DNA of 64,000 nucleotides from Eledone cirrhosa (GCA_964016885.1 OZ024748.1:43648001-43712000); one strand, 5' to 3'. Numbered from the stretch's first letter, positions 33,001 through 45,990 are shown. Numbers and translations are program-made. The notes: generated by a model not told the origin, from the letters alone.

Positions 33001-36000
33001 CTTGTACCTGACACACTGCTGTCACCTTGTACTGACACACCACAATAGAATGTCTCTTGTACCTGACACACTGCTGTCACCTTGTGCTGACACACCACAA
33101 TAGAATGTCTCTTGTACCTAACACACTGCTGTCACCTTGTACTGACACACCACAATAGAATGTCTCTTGTACCTGACACACTGCTGTCACCTTGTACTGA
33201 CACACCACAATAGAATGTCTCTTGTACCTGACACACTGCTGTCACCTTCTACTGACACACCACAATAGAATGTCTCTTGTACCTGACACACTGCTGTCAC
33301 CTTGTACTGACACACCACAATAGAATGTCTCTTGTACCTGACACACTGCTGTCACCTTGTACTGACACACCACAATAGAATGTCTTTTGTACCTGACACA
33401 CTGCTGTCACCTTCTACTGACACACCACAATAGAATGTCTCTTGTACCTGACACACAGCTGTCACCTTGTACTAACACACCACAATAGAATGTCTCTTGT
33501 ACCTGACACACTGCTGTCACCTTGTACTGACACACCACAATAGAATGTCTCTTGTACCTGACACACTGCTGTCACCTTGTACTGACACACCACAATAGAA
33601 TGTCTCTTGTACCTGACACACTGCTGTCACCTTGTACTGACACACCACAATAGAATGTCTCTTGTACCTGACACACTGCTGTCACCTTGTGCTGACACAC
33701 CACAATAGAATGTCTCTTGTACCTAACACACTGCTGTCACCTTGTACTGACACACCACAATAGAATGTCTCTTGTACCTGACACACTGCTGTCACCTTGT
33801 ACTGACACACCACAATAGAATGTCTCTTGTACCTGACACACTGCTGTCACCTTCTACTGACACACCACAATAGAATGTCTCTTGTACCTGACACACTGCT
33901 GTCACCTTGTACTGACACACCACAATAGAATGTCTCTTGTACCTGACACACTGCTGTCACCTTGTACTGACACACCACAATAGAATGTCTTTTGTACCTG
34001 ACACACTGCTGTCACCTTCTACTGACACACCACAATAGAATGTCTCTTGTACCTGACACACTGCTGTCACCTTCTACTGACACACCACAATAGAATGTCT
34101 ATTGAACCTGACACACTGCTGTCACCTTCTACTGACACACCACAATAGAATGTCTTGTACCTGACACACTGCTGTTACCTTGTACTGACACACCACAATA
34201 GAATGTCTCTTGTACCTGACACACTGCTGTCACCTTGTACTGACACACCACAATAGAATGTCTCTTGTACCTGACACACTGCTATCACCTTGTGCTGACA
34301 CACCACAATAGAATGTCTCTTGTACCTGACACACTGCTGTCACCTTCTACTGACACACCACAATAGAATGTCTCTTGTACCTGACGCACTGCTATCACCT
34401 TCTACTGACACACCACAATAGAATGTCTCTTGTACCTGACCCACTGCTGTCACCTTGTACTGACACACCACAATAGAATGTCTTGTACCTGACACACTGC
34501 TGTCACCTTGTACTGACACACCACAATAGAATGTCTCTTGTACCTGACACACTGCTGTCACCTTGTACTGACACACCACAATAGAATGTCTTGTACCTGA
34601 CACACTGCTATCACCTTCTACTGACACACCACAATAGAATGTCTTGTACCTGACACACTGCTGTCACCTTGTACTGACACACCACAATAGAATGTCTCTT
34701 GTACCTGACACACTGCTGTCACCTTCTACTGACACACCACAATAGAATGTCTCTTGTACCTGACACACAGCTGTCACCTTGTACTGACACACCACAATAG
34801 AATGTCTCTTGAACCTGACACACTGCTGTCACCTTGTACTGACACACCACAATAGAATGTCTCTTGTACCTGACACACTGCTGTCACCTTGTACTGACAC
34901 ACCACAATAGAATGTCTTGTACCTGACACACTGCTGTCACCTTCTACTGACACACCACAATAGAATGTCTTGTACCTGACACACTGCTGTCACCTTCTAC
35001 TGACACACCACAATAGAATGTCTTGTACCTGACACACTGCTGTCACCTTGTACTGACACACCACAATAGAATGTCTCTTGTACCTGACACACTGCTGTCA
35101 CCTTGTACTGACACACCACAATAGAATGTCTCTTGTACCTGACACACTGCTGTCACCTTGTACTGACACACCACAATAGAATGTCTTTTGTACCTGACAC
35201 ACTGCTGTCACCTTGTACTGACACACCACAATAGAATGTCTCTTGTACCTGACACACTGCTGTCACCTTGTGCTGACACACCACAATAGAATGTCTCTTG
35301 TACCTGACACACTGCTGTCACCTTGTACTGACACACCACAATAGAATGTCTTGTACCTGACACACAGCTGTTACCTTGTACTGACACACCACAATAGAAT
35401 GTCTCTTGTGCCTGACACACTGCTGTCACCTTGTACTGACACACCACAATAGAATGTCTCTTGTACCTGACACACTGCTGTCACCTTGTACTGACACACC
35501 ACAATAGAATGTCTTGTACCTGACACACTGCTGTCACCTTGTACTGACACACCACAATAGAATGTCTCTGGTACCTGACACACTGCTGTCACCTTCTACT
35601 GACACACCACAATAGAATGTCTCTTGTACCTGACACACTGCTATCACCTTGTGCTGACACACCACAATAGAATGTCTCTTGTACCTGACACACTGCTATC
35701 ACCTTGTACTGACACACCACAATAGAATGGAGTCTCTTGTACCTGACACACTGCTGTCACCTTCTACTGACACACCACAATAGAATGTCTCTTGTACCTG
35801 ACACACTGCTGTCACCTTCTACTGACACACCACAATGGAATGTCTCTTGTACCTGACACACTGCTGTCACCTTGTACTGACACACCACAATAGAATGTCT
35901 CTTGTACCTGACACACTGCTGTCACCTTCTACTGACACACCACAATAGAATGTCTCTTGTACCTGACACACTACTATCACCTTGTACTGACACACCACAA

Positions 36001-37622
36001 TAGAATGTCTCTTGTACCTGACACACAGCTGTCACCTTGTACTGACACACCACAATAGAATGTCTCTTGTACCTGACACACTGCTGTCACCTTGTACTGA
36101 CACACCACAATAGAATGTCTCTTGTACCTGACACACTGCTGTCACCTTCTACTGACACACCACAATAGAATGTGTCTTGTACCTGACACACAGCTGTCAC
36201 CTTCTACTGACACACCACAATAGAATGTCTCTTGTACCTGACACACTGCTGTCACCTTCTACTGACACACCACAATAGAATGTCTCTTGTACCTGACACA
36301 CTGCTGTCACCTTCTACTGACACACCACAATAGAATGTCTCTTGTACCTGACACACTGCTGTCACCTTCTACTGACACACCACAATAGAATGTCTCTTGT
36401 ACCTGACACACTGCTGTCACCTTGTACTGACACACCACAATAGAATGTCTCTTGTACCTGACACACTGCTGTCACCTTCTACTGACACACCACAATAGAA
36501 TGTCTCTTGTACCTGGCACACTGCTGTCACCTTGTACTGACACACCACAATAGAATGTCTCTTGTACCTGACACACTGCTATCACCTTGTACTGACACAC
36601 CACAATAGAATGTCTCTTGTACCTGACACACAGCTGTCACCTTGTACTGACACACCACAATAGAATGTCTCTTGTACCTGACACACAGCTGTCACCTTGT
36701 ACTGACACACCACAATAGAATGTCTCTTGTACCTGACAGACAGCTGTCACCTTGTACTGACACACCACAATAGAATGTCTCTTGTACCTGACACACAGCT
36801 GTCACCTTGTACTGACACACCACAATAGAATGTCTCTTGTACCTGACACACAGCTGTCACCTTGTACTGACACACCACAATAGAATGTCTCTTGTACCTG
36901 ACACACTGCTGTCACCTTCTACTGACACACCACAATAGAATGTCTCTTGTACCTGACACACTGCTGTCACCTTGTACTGACACACCACAATAGAATGTCT
37001 CTTGTACCTGACACAGTGCTGTCACCTTCTACTGACACACCACAATAGAATGTCTCTTGTACCTGACACACTGCTGTCACCTTGTACTGACACACCACAA
37101 TAGAATGTCTCTTGTACCTGACACACTGCTGTCACCTTCTACTGACACACCACAATAGAATGTCTCTTGTACTGACACACCACAATAGAATGTCTCTTGT
37201 ACCTGACACACTGCTGTCACCTTCTACTGACACACCACAATAGAATGTCTCTTGTACCTGACACACTGCTGTCACCTTGTACTGACACACCACAATAGAA
37301 TGTCTCTTGTACCTGACACACTGCTGTCACCTTCTACTGACACACCACAATAGAATGTCTCTTGTACCTGACACACTGCTGTCACCTTCTACTGACACAC
37401 CACAATAGAATGTCTCTTGTACCTGACACACTGCTATCACCTTCTACTGGCACACCACAATAGAATGTCTCTTGTACCTGACGCACAGCTGTCACCTTCT
37501 ACTGACACACCACAATAGAATGTCTCTTGTACCTGACACACAGCTGTCACCTTCTACTGACACACCACAAGAGAATGTCTCTTGTACCTGACACACAGCT
37601 GTCACCTTGTACTGACACACCA
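1..37622. repeat. 55-bp satellite array (~680 units), continues beyond window start
   Basis: Uninterrupted tandem copies of TAGAATGTCTCTTGTACCTGACACACTGCTGTCACCTT(G/C)TACTGACACACCACAA with point variants; ends abruptly at ...ACTGACACACCA|TATAATATT. Confidence 0.99.
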
Positions 37623-37789
37623 TATAATATTTACCTAAGTAAAAGAGGTTATCTAGAAGACATTTGATAAAAGAAGTTCTAAACTATCAGTAATATGCTT
37701 GTATTTTTTATACTCTTGTTAGGCCATCAAACTATCACTCTTGATTTTTTTAGTAAAGGAGGGGGTTGTTTTGTTGACTAAAGACAGCA

Positions 37790-37962
37790 GAAATGACTGT
37801 GTGGTTAAGAGGTTTGTTTCAGAACCACATGGTTTGGGGTTCAATCCCATCAGTCCCACTGCATGGTAGCTTCCACTAGTTTCATCTGCTACAGCCCCTG
37901 GGTTGACTAACGCCATGCGAGAGAATTTGATAGATAGAAAAAAATACATTACTAGAAATCCC
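37790..37962 (+). mobile_element. Degenerate tRNA-derived SINE (octopus-type)
   Basis: A-box-like GTGTGGTTAAGAG and B-box-like GGGTTCAATCCC, followed by a body (CAGTCCCACTGC...GGGTTGACTAACGCC..GAATTTG) resembling octopus SINEs as recalled; not database-checked. Confidence 0.55.
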
Positions 37963-38017
37963 ATACGTTTTAAAATAAATAGAAGTTAGGGATCTCAATA
38001 TGTAAACTAAATGACTA

Positions 38018-38250
38018 ATTCTTCTTCTTCTCTACCCACTTATTCCTGAGAGGGTCGTGAAGGCAGAGTCCTCGAACACTTCTTCCAGTGGGTCCTGTCA
38101 GAAGCAACCATCTCCAGCTGATCTGGCTGGATCCCTTAATGAGACCAGCCAAACTCATGGATGTTATTAAACAATCTTGCTCAGTGTCTCTCATCGGTTG
38201 GTTTTGCCTGTGAAAATCTGTCCAGCAATTCTTTTTATCCTGAGACAATC
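38018..38250 (-). mobile_element. Decayed RTE-like LINE 3' fragment with (GAA)n tail
   Basis: A minus frame reads GIQPDQLEMVASDRTHWKK, like the RTE C-terminal A.DR..W motif, and is followed by a short (GAA)n tail at 38019-38030. Confidence 0.5.
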
Positions 38251-38341
38251 ACAGGAACAAACCTTGAATAATTCTGGGGGTTTTTTTTTAAATCACCAGA
38301 AACAACCTAAAAAGATTACCAATTTTCCAACATCCCCATCC

Positions 38342-38419
38342 ACTTATTTCATCCCACCCCCAATTATTTGGGACCTTGGGTCCCAAATAATTGGGGGTGG
38401 AGAGTGGGGTGGAATAAGA
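38342..38419. repeat. Short palindrome / MITE-like hairpin
   Basis: CCACCCCCAATTATTTGGGACC-TT-GGGTCCCAAATAATTGGGGGTGG, with outer CTTATT/AATAAG arms. Confidence 0.6.
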
Positions 38420-38573
38420 TAACAGAAGCTATTCTTTAATATTTCAAGGAACATCAGAATGACCCCTTTATTTAATTCCAGTCTCATTAATACAACTCCT
38501 TTATTTTATTATCAGCCACATAACATCACACTTTTCAAAGTAATCATCATTTAACATCTATTTTCCTTGTTTG

Positions 38574-38867
38574 CAAGGGTTAGACAAGCTGTCCCCTAAA
38601 ACCCTGACACAGCTCAGATGACAGGTGACTATGTCTTGCTCGTATCCTCCAAGGGTTAGACAGGCTGTCACCTAACACCACACAACAGGTCAGGTGACAA
38701 TGTCTTGCTCCTACAGTCCTACAAGGGTTAGACAGGCTGTCACCTAACACCACACGACAGGTCAGGTAACTATGTCTTGCTCCTACCCTCCATTTGTTAG
38801 ACAGGCTGTCACCTAACACCACATGACGGGTCAGGTGACAATGCCTTGCTCCTACAGTCCTCAGGGG
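38574..38867. repeat. Degenerate ~70-bp minisatellite (4 copies)
   Basis: Units CAAGGGTTAGACAGGCTGTCACCTAACACCACA..ACAGGTCAGGTGACAATGTCTTGCTCCTAC start near 38574, 38650, 38722 and 38791. Confidence 0.85.
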
Positions 38868-40449
38868 TGTCTTTCCTAATACCAACCACCTTACAAGGTG
38901 AATTGTACCTGTAATTAAGAAAGTCATCTGTCACTGCATTTATATACGACCAGCGTTGTCATAGGCTGTGTGAAACTGAATCTCTGTGAGAGTTAGTTAA
39001 GGCTACACGTCTCTGTAGACTACTCTGCCACTTCACATCGTTAAAACTAATGGACGTCCATGGATGACTTTTATTAGAAATGTGGTAATGAAAGAATCTT
39101 AGTGTCTTCGTTCCAAAACTGAAATACAGCGAAGTTTCGTACTTTATAGATTACTAGCAGAAACACCGCTGCTAAGGGGGGGGGGGGGGGGTTATTGTTT
39201 GTTTGTATTTTGGCTACTGTAAGTATGTGTGTGTGTGTGTGTGTTTTGTTGTAATGTAGATATCACTATAAACAAATGTATGAAAATAGCAAACTACACG
39301 TTTGACCTGAAAACCTCTAACACAACTCACACCAATATATTCTGTTTTGTGGTCCCCAACGATGTTTATCCATCACAAAATCGTGACACACCCACCAGCT
39401 TAATGTAAATGAAGATGAGATATAAATCAGTAATAAGAGATGTGATTAAAACAGTCCAGCACAACAACTTCGATTAGATTAGAACATGTATCGATTTTCT
39501 AATAAAGTAGTTTTCTCCTCTTTGTTTTTTAATCAATTCTCGGACACTCAAAAGCTTCTGTTTTAGAAGCAGGCTACAACGAAACATCGTTTATAACTAA
39601 AAGACAAACTTTCTTTCGTGTGAGAAGAATGGTACAAACTTGTAACGACATGATTGATGTAGAAGTTTATTTAGTTTAATATTAAATTAAATAATTGTCT
39701 TTGTGATGCCAGGAAAGCCATAAAGACTCAGAAATTCTCATTTACTATTACTATAGATTTTTTGTAAATATTTTTACACAGAACGCCTAAATGAATATTC
39801 AATACAGAGATGTATACAGGGTGTCCCCAAAAATGTATACACTGTGAATGTATGTATGTATATATATATATATATGTATGTATATATGTGTATATGGATG
39901 TGCATGTATGTGTATGTGTGTACACATGGACTAGAGTATGTATGTATATATGTGTGTGTCTATACGTGTGTATATAAAGATAAGTTGAGTATGAAAATGT
40001 ATACACATGAGCGCGTATGTATGTACATGAATACATGTGTGTGTATATATGTGTATGCATGTGTATATATATGTAAGTATGAATATGTGAATTGTGAGTA
40101 TATGTATTTTGTAGAGGTGTGCAAATATATTTGCGTGGGTGAAAGGATACTTACACTTGAAAGAAAAATTTAAGTCTGAATGTTAATTAAGTGCAAACAC
40201 AAAACCAACCACGCATATCTTTACTATCTCTAATCCTTCTATAAATTTAGAAAAATAACCAATAATATATTCTATAAAAAATGTCAAAACAACAGATGGG
40301 AATCTAATTACTCACTGCCACCAAGAATTCTCACTGCTATCGAAAAACCACTCCTTCAACTATTCTTCTAACAACTTCACCCCTCCCTCCTAATATTCTC
40401 TATAAAAACTAAATAGGTCCTCAGTAATATTATTCTGATGAAATGACAG

Positions 40450-40630
40450 GGATTGGCAGTACCAGTAGAGGGTCGGACGCCATGCTTTGACGCATAGAGT
40501 TACGGTCCTTGCCATTCTGAGTTCAAATCCCGCCGAGGTTAACTTTGCCTTTCATCCTTTCGGGGTCGATAAAATAAAGTACCAGTAATACACTGGGTTA
40601 ATTGCTGGCCTTGTGCCAAAAGTAGAAACA
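40450..40630 (+). mobile_element. tRNA-derived SINE with 21-bp target-site duplication
   Basis: B-box GAGTTCAAATCC and conserved core GCCTTTCATCCTTTCGGGGTCGATAAAATAAAGTACCAG; flanked by identical ATTATTCTGATGAAATGACAG at 40429-40449 and 40631-40651. Confidence 0.9.
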
Positions 40631-40642
40631 ATTATTCTGATG

Positions 40643-40896
40643 AAATGACAGTAAATAATAACATTGAAATATTGAATGTCTGCATAACTAAAAGTTTGTA
40701 GATAGCAGCTGTTTTAGGTTATGTAACTGTTATAGAAACACGTGTCAATAAATTCCTTTCAACTAAACTGTATCCATTCAAATCTTTCTATTTTTCTCCG
40801 GATTACTTTTGGAACTACAACTGGAACCGTCGAGCAAACTCTACGTGAGCTGATAATCTACTGTGTGTAATATTTATATTACAACACAACGGAAAA

Positions 40897-40900
<4 letters not shown>
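40643..40900 (+). repeat. ~258-bp segment, near-identical inverted copy at 46563-46818
   Basis: Reverse-complement match read by eye with only about 3 differences; both copies abut (TA)n. Confidence 0.9.
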
Positions 40901-40928
<28 letters not shown>

Positions 40929-40936
<8 letters not shown>

Positions 40937-41675
40937 ATAAACGTGCTGCGTGGTTGCAAATGGGTTACATATGAATAAAGTTGTCCTTCATCAGTGATCT
41001 TCCAACCATCACAGGTATTTCTTCGCTTTAAAAACCATATACCTCCGGTTGGTGCGAGCAACAGCTAAAAAAGTCGTTGGTACACGTAAATAAAGGGGAC
41101 AGCGAGAGTGTAAACAAACAAAGATGGTGAAGCAACGAAAAATGAGGAAGAACGAGTCAAGTCCCAAATTTCCATGAATATAAGTTCGGTGAAATCGTGA
41201 ACGAGAGAGAATAAAGACCATCAAACCTGGTTGGAATGTGAGCAAGGAAGGAATTCCGTACAGGTCTAACGGGAGGAAGAAGGAATCTAGTCTGTGAATT
41301 CGGTGAACTTAAGTTCTGTGAAATCGTAGACGAGAGAGAGAAAAAAGGCGAACCAGCCTGGCCAAGCGTGCGAAAGAAAAGAATTACGCACAGGTCAAAC
41401 GGGAAGAAAGAGGAGGAGGAGAGGTAGTAACAGAGAGTGAGTGAGTGAAGGGTGAGGAAGACGCTAACAGAGAGAGTGACTGTTAGAGAGGGTAAAGATA
41501 CAGAGAAAGAGGAAGCAGTAAGAACGAAATAGACGGGTCACGGCGGGGGAAAAAATATGTGTAAATATGAGAATAAACGTGCTGCGTGGTTGCAAAAACG
41601 ACTTTTTTTAGCCGTTGCTCGCACCAACCGGATGGTCTTTAAAGCGAAGGAATACCTGTGATGAAGTTTATTCAT
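40929..41675 (-). mobile_element. Rearranged non-coding repeat (family D; possible Penelope-like pLTR) with internal inverted and direct repeats
   Basis: 41006-41077 is inverted at 41597-41664; GAGAATAAACGTGCTGCGTGGTTGCAAA occurs at ~40933 and ~41569; homolog in opposite orientation at 48730-49020; minus strand has GATCA-CTGATGA-AGGAC (5' half of a hammerhead). Confidence 0.55.
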
Positions 41676-41692
41676 ATATATATACATACACA

Positions 41693-41746
41693 CAAGGTGT
41701 CCCCAAGAATGCTGTCGAAGTGTGTATATATTTTTTAGACACCCTG
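41693..41746. mobile_element. Tc1/mariner-type MITE remnant (another end at 39814-39843)
   Basis: CA(A/G)GGTGTCCCCAA...GACACCCTG inverted termini; TA-CAGGGTGTCCCCAAAAATG at 39814. Confidence 0.5.
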
Positions 41747-41752
41747 AGTATA

Positions 41753-41789
<37 letters not shown>

Positions 41790-41792
<3 letters not shown>

Positions 41793-41918
41793 GATGGATT
41801 CAGGTTGAAACTGGTTAGACCATTACTCAACAGAGTACTCGATACTTGGGGTAGTAGAGTATGGAATGAGCTGTTGAAGCGGCAAGAGCTCAGCCGTCGG
41901 GGCCCTGGCTGTTTATAA
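41790..41918. mobile_element. Family E fragment (inverted 3' end plus hammerhead 3' half)
   Basis: Shares CAGAGTACTCGATACTTGGGGTAGTAGAGT and GAGCTCAGCCGTCGGGG with the 61375 and 63076 copies; flanked by (TA)n. Confidence 0.65.
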
Positions 41919-42928
41919 TATATATATATATATATATATAGACGCATATATACATACACACAGATATAAATATAGATATATAATAATATATAGTTTGTAA
42001 ACACTCCCCCACCCCATCTCTACATTTTATTTGTATATAATACTATTAGCCATGTAATTACCTTGTCATTATGTAACAGAACATGAACTGTCGCTTAAGA
42101 AGCTACTTAAAATATTTGTTTAATTATTTTAATTACTGCTATGGTGTTTAAATGAAATAAGATACTCTTTTTTAATCGCTGTCACTTTCTTTCTGTACAC
42201 CGATGAAATAAATACGAGAGTTAATTTGTATATGTTGAGGGGTGAGGCCCCTATCTCTCCGTGTTGTGGTGGTGTAACTGGGTGCAAGAGCTCGGCCGCT
42301 GTGCCCCGACTCTTTATAAAACACAGTTTCCTTAAACTTTCCTAATGCATATTTAGTAATTTAACAAATACAAAACGGGGCATTATTTAATGCCTGAAAG
42401 TGGTCTGACTCCTTTTTTAGCAGGTCATGCAATCTCATAAAGATGTCCTAGTTCATACGTATACCATATGTTAAGCCCCAAGTCAGCCTTCATCGAGTAG
42501 GCCTCTGATCAAATATATCCCAGCCGTGACCATCACGTATTTTTCCCTATATGCCAGGAAATACAGAATCACGTAAACTCAAGCATGTCATTTTCTACGA
42601 CATGTGATTTGATAGAGGTTTTGGCTGCTCTTTCTCGCAGATAAAACACCAAAGGTCAATTCGTTGATTTGTTAAGAATGTGTTAATGACATGCTTTCTA
42701 ATGATCGAAGATTTCATTTGACGTGATTTGATTCATTTGACGTGAATATCAATATTATTAATTGATTAAGTCTAATTTAGTTCTAAATGATAGATAAATA
42801 TAAACATAGCAAAATTGTAAAATATTAACGAAATGAAATGGTTTGTGAAAATTAAGGTTTTTCGTGTTTTATTTTAATAATAATTATAATTGTTTACTAA
42901 AGCTTAGTTGTAGATATAGATTGTCGAC

Positions 42929-42963
<35 letters not shown>

Positions 42964-43329
42964 AATGGTCAGTACATTTTAATTTATTCTTTTAATAGTT
43001 ATGTATTCTCCATTCTGTTCGTAGTCAACACTCCCGTGGTATTCTATCCCTTATAATTGAATACATACCTCTTTGTGTATTTTTCTCTATATACTGTCTT
43101 ATAAAGAGCCCGGTATCGATTCCTTGAGATCATTAAATTATAGGGGAATAATGTGAGTCTTTGGCTCCGTTTTTTAATTTGATTATATATATGTATATAT
43201 ATATACACACACACGCACTAATATGATACATCACTCTGGCACGAGTGTATTCGCGCGCGAGTGTTTAAAGACATATTGTATAACAAACTACGAAAAGTAA
43301 CAAGCTCGTATCCGCCCATTTGTATATAC

Positions 43330-43361
<32 letters not shown>

Positions 43362-43364
43362 AAA

Positions 43365-43420
43365 GATTTAGAGCCCCGACGGCTGAGCTCCGGCCGTTTC
43401 GACACCTAGATCCGAACTGT
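43365..43420 (-). mobile_element. Family E fragment with hammerhead 3' half
   Basis: Minus strand: GTC-GAAA-CGGC-cggagctca-GCCG-TC-GGGGC. Confidence 0.6.
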
Positions 43421-43700
43421 GTGTGTATATATATACATACACACAAATCGTTAACAGCAGTATAAATTTTTATTCACTGTTGTATAAAAAATATATAATA
43501 CGATGCTTACAGAACGAAAGCAGAAACAAATATAACAAAGCAAACGACAAGGTACTATATATATATAAGCAAAGGGATATTTAATTTGTTGGTTATTCAA
43601 CAAATTTATTTATAACAGATTCGAAGCACTCTACAATTTTCTTCTGGAGTATAATATCAATGATATTAATAATTGGAAACTATCTTTGTAAAACCATATT

Positions 43701-43761
43701 TATTTTATTATATATATTTCAAGGGTACCAAAATTTTGGTACGCACTCATCAGATAAAATA
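43701..43761 (-). ncRNA. Type I hammerhead ribozyme motif (family A)
   Basis: Reverse complement of the 43850-43910 motif. Confidence 0.8.
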
Positions 43762-43849
43762 CAAAAACTTATCGTTTTAAGTTCAGTTTGGACTTAAAAC
43801 GATAAGTTCTTGTTTTGAGGATATGTCAATATTTATAAAACAACTTTTG

Positions 43850-43910
43850 TATTTTATCTGATGAGTGCGTACCAAAATTTTGGTACCCTTGAAATATATA
43901 TAATAAAATA
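43850..43910 (+). ncRNA. Type I hammerhead ribozyme motif (family A)
   Basis: UAUUUUAU-CUGAUGA-gugcGUACCAAAAUUUUGGUACccuu-GAAA-UAUAUA-UA-AUAAAAUA: 8-bp stem I, conserved core, palindromic stem III; base of stem II imperfect. Confidence 0.8.
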
Positions 43911-44421
43911 AATATGGTTTTATAAAGATAGTTTCCATATATATATATATATAATGCGACAGAAAAACCTCCTATATTTTACACGATCAACCTTTAAAAT
44001 GTGGTGTATATACAAATAAAGATTCAGCGAGAATCGCATTTCGGCGGGCAGGAAAAGCGAAGCGAAACGCAAAAATCAGAAATGATACTGGCAAAGTGAT
44101 CAATAGTTAAAAACCAGAGCTAAACAATGTGTTAAGAAGCCATACAAAACTGAAAAGGTAGTCAAGAAAGCATTAACCACCCAAGCCAAAAACCAAATCA
44201 AGCTAAACAGGTTAAAACAAAATAAATGATAACCAGGCCTGTTATATATGTATATATATATACGCTTGTCTCTCATATATATACAAACACAACTTCCACT
44301 TTCCTAATAAATACTTAAGTCGATGAAAAACACCAAAAATATTGTTATTGGTACCAGTAATATACTGAGGTGAATTTAATTGATTTCTTCTTCCGCTTAA
44401 ATTGTTGGCCTTGTTATTATA

Positions 44422-44482
44422 GCTTTACCTTTCATCCTTACGGGGTCGATAAAATAAAGTACCAGTACAATATAAGAAACCA
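44422..44482 (+). mobile_element. SINE core fragment
   Basis: CTTTACCTTTCATCCTTACGGGGTCGATAAAATAAAGTACCAGT, same family as 40450. Confidence 0.75.
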
Positions 44483-44589
44483 TTATTTTGCCGTTTCTTC
44501 TTACGCCACACACACACCTCGACGTAAACAGGAAATGATAGAGTATGTGGTAGCAGATGGAATTTCTGACCACAAAAAGTGGGAGAAGT

Positions 44590-44957
44590 TGTAATGAGGT
44601 CAGTTGGTGTTGTTTGAGAGGGAGGCATGGTAGAACTATCAGGTGATAGTAATACCACCATAGAAAGGGATGTAGTTGGTTATTACATTTATCCGACCTT
44701 TCAGGTAAAAGCTTTATCTCTGTTAATTCTGTTCGTAACCACCTCCCAGTTCTTTTCGATCTGGAGACCCTGTCCTAAACCAGACTCCAAACACTTTGGC
44801 CAGGCTGGAGGTCTGTCCTAAATCAGACTCCAAACACTTTGATCATCCTGTCGATCCGGCCCCAAAACCAAACTCCAGGCACTTTGACCAGGCTGTTGGG
44901 CCAGCGGTTTAAGATTTCTGCTGGCCGACACAATTCCGCTCCACATGCCGAGTTACA
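44590..44957. mobile_element. Possible solo LTR with internal ~48-bp triplicate
   Basis: TGTAAT...GTTACA termini; three copies of CCTAAACCAGACTCCAAACACTTTG-like at 44771-44895; flanks AAGT/AGCC give no clean TSD. Confidence 0.35.
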
Positions 44958-45515
44958 AGCCTATTGACTAGTCCTACATTTATATCCTTATCATTAATAT
45001 TATAATTATCATCATGATCAACAAAAGAACATTATTTTTTGTTTAACAAATTAACGGAAAAAAACGATGTCTTTAAAATCCTAAATATTTAAACCGACGA
45101 GTCAAAACAAAACGAATTAAAAATTAAAACACTTAATCAGAGATATAATAAATTGTTGTAAAATATATAATTTTCAATGTAAGAGAGAGAGAGAAAAATA
45201 TATATATATAATTGTTATGTAATAAATTAACTAATTAAGTTGAAATTGGTTGAATATATAAATTACTTACAAGCTAGAATGATTTCTTTGACGTAGTGTC
45301 CAAAGTATGAAAGAGATATGGTTCAGTTGACAGGTGCGTGCTATAATATAGCAAGTCGACTTTAAACGTCAGCAGAGATTGCAGTCGATATTATAAAACG
45401 AAATAAGCATCCAATCCGGAACGACTTTCAAACAAGGTGCAACAGCTCTTCACAAGTCATCCTTTTCCTCTTTACACATCCGTTTTGAAATTATAAATTT
45501 TTTCGTACAATATAC

Positions 45516-45516
<1 letters not shown>

Positions 45517-45562
<46 letters not shown>

Positions 45563-45657
45563 TCTTTTTTTTCGATCTCTTTCGCTCTCCCTGTCTTTTT
45601 TCTCTCTCTTTCTTTTTTACTTCTCTCTCTTCCTCTCTCTATTTCTATCTATCTCTA
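45517..45657. repeat. (CT)n / pyrimidine-rich microsatellite
   Basis: Direct reading. Confidence 0.9.
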
Positions 45658-45990
45658 TACAAGTGGAAGCTTAGTCAAATCGAAGCTTTGGCCGTGGGCA
45701 AGCAAAGTCGACCTACAATATGAATGAGTTAGCAAAGCACTCAATAAGGGTAGGTCCTTAGAGTAATAACATACGTTTAAATAGCTTGACAAATTGAACA
45801 TTGTGGTAGGCAAAACCTAAGTAACGAAAAAATTAACAGGTTAAAAAGATACACCCGGACAAATCAAACGATAAACGTTTAAAGTTTTTCTATGAATCCG
45901 AAATCAATTATCCAACTTACGTAACAGGCACGGTATCTTACGTAACATCATGGTATTCCATGATCGAACAGAGGATTCATATATATATAT

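Larger units (their letters stand above)
43565..43937. mobile_element. Fold-back hammerhead element, family A (Penelope-like pLTR / retrozyme-like)
   Basis: Inverted repeat 43674-43937 carries a hammerhead on each strand; the minus-strand 3' extension 43565-43673 is homologous to 57310-57421; (TA)n on both sides. Confidence 0.8.

Noticed and set aside
417-35592. Dozens of similar Cys/Val-rich minus-strand ORFs
   Set aside because: Translations of the 55-bp satellite (unit not a multiple of 3), lengthened only by indel variants.
1-37622. CRISPR-like regular repeat
   Set aside because: No unique spacers, no cas genes, eukaryotic context.
38574-38730. Telomeric repeat (AGGGTTAG)
   Set aside because: Isolated 8-mers within a minisatellite unit, not tandem TTAGGG.
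39728-40173. YI/CV-rich ORFs (also ~51800, 60599, 61868, 63006)
   Set aside because: Low-complexity TA/TG/GATA repeats.
43674-43937. MITE interpretation of the long palindromes
   Set aside because: Arms are asymmetric (one extends into a conserved 3' tail), axes differ among copies, and arms contain hammerhead cores.
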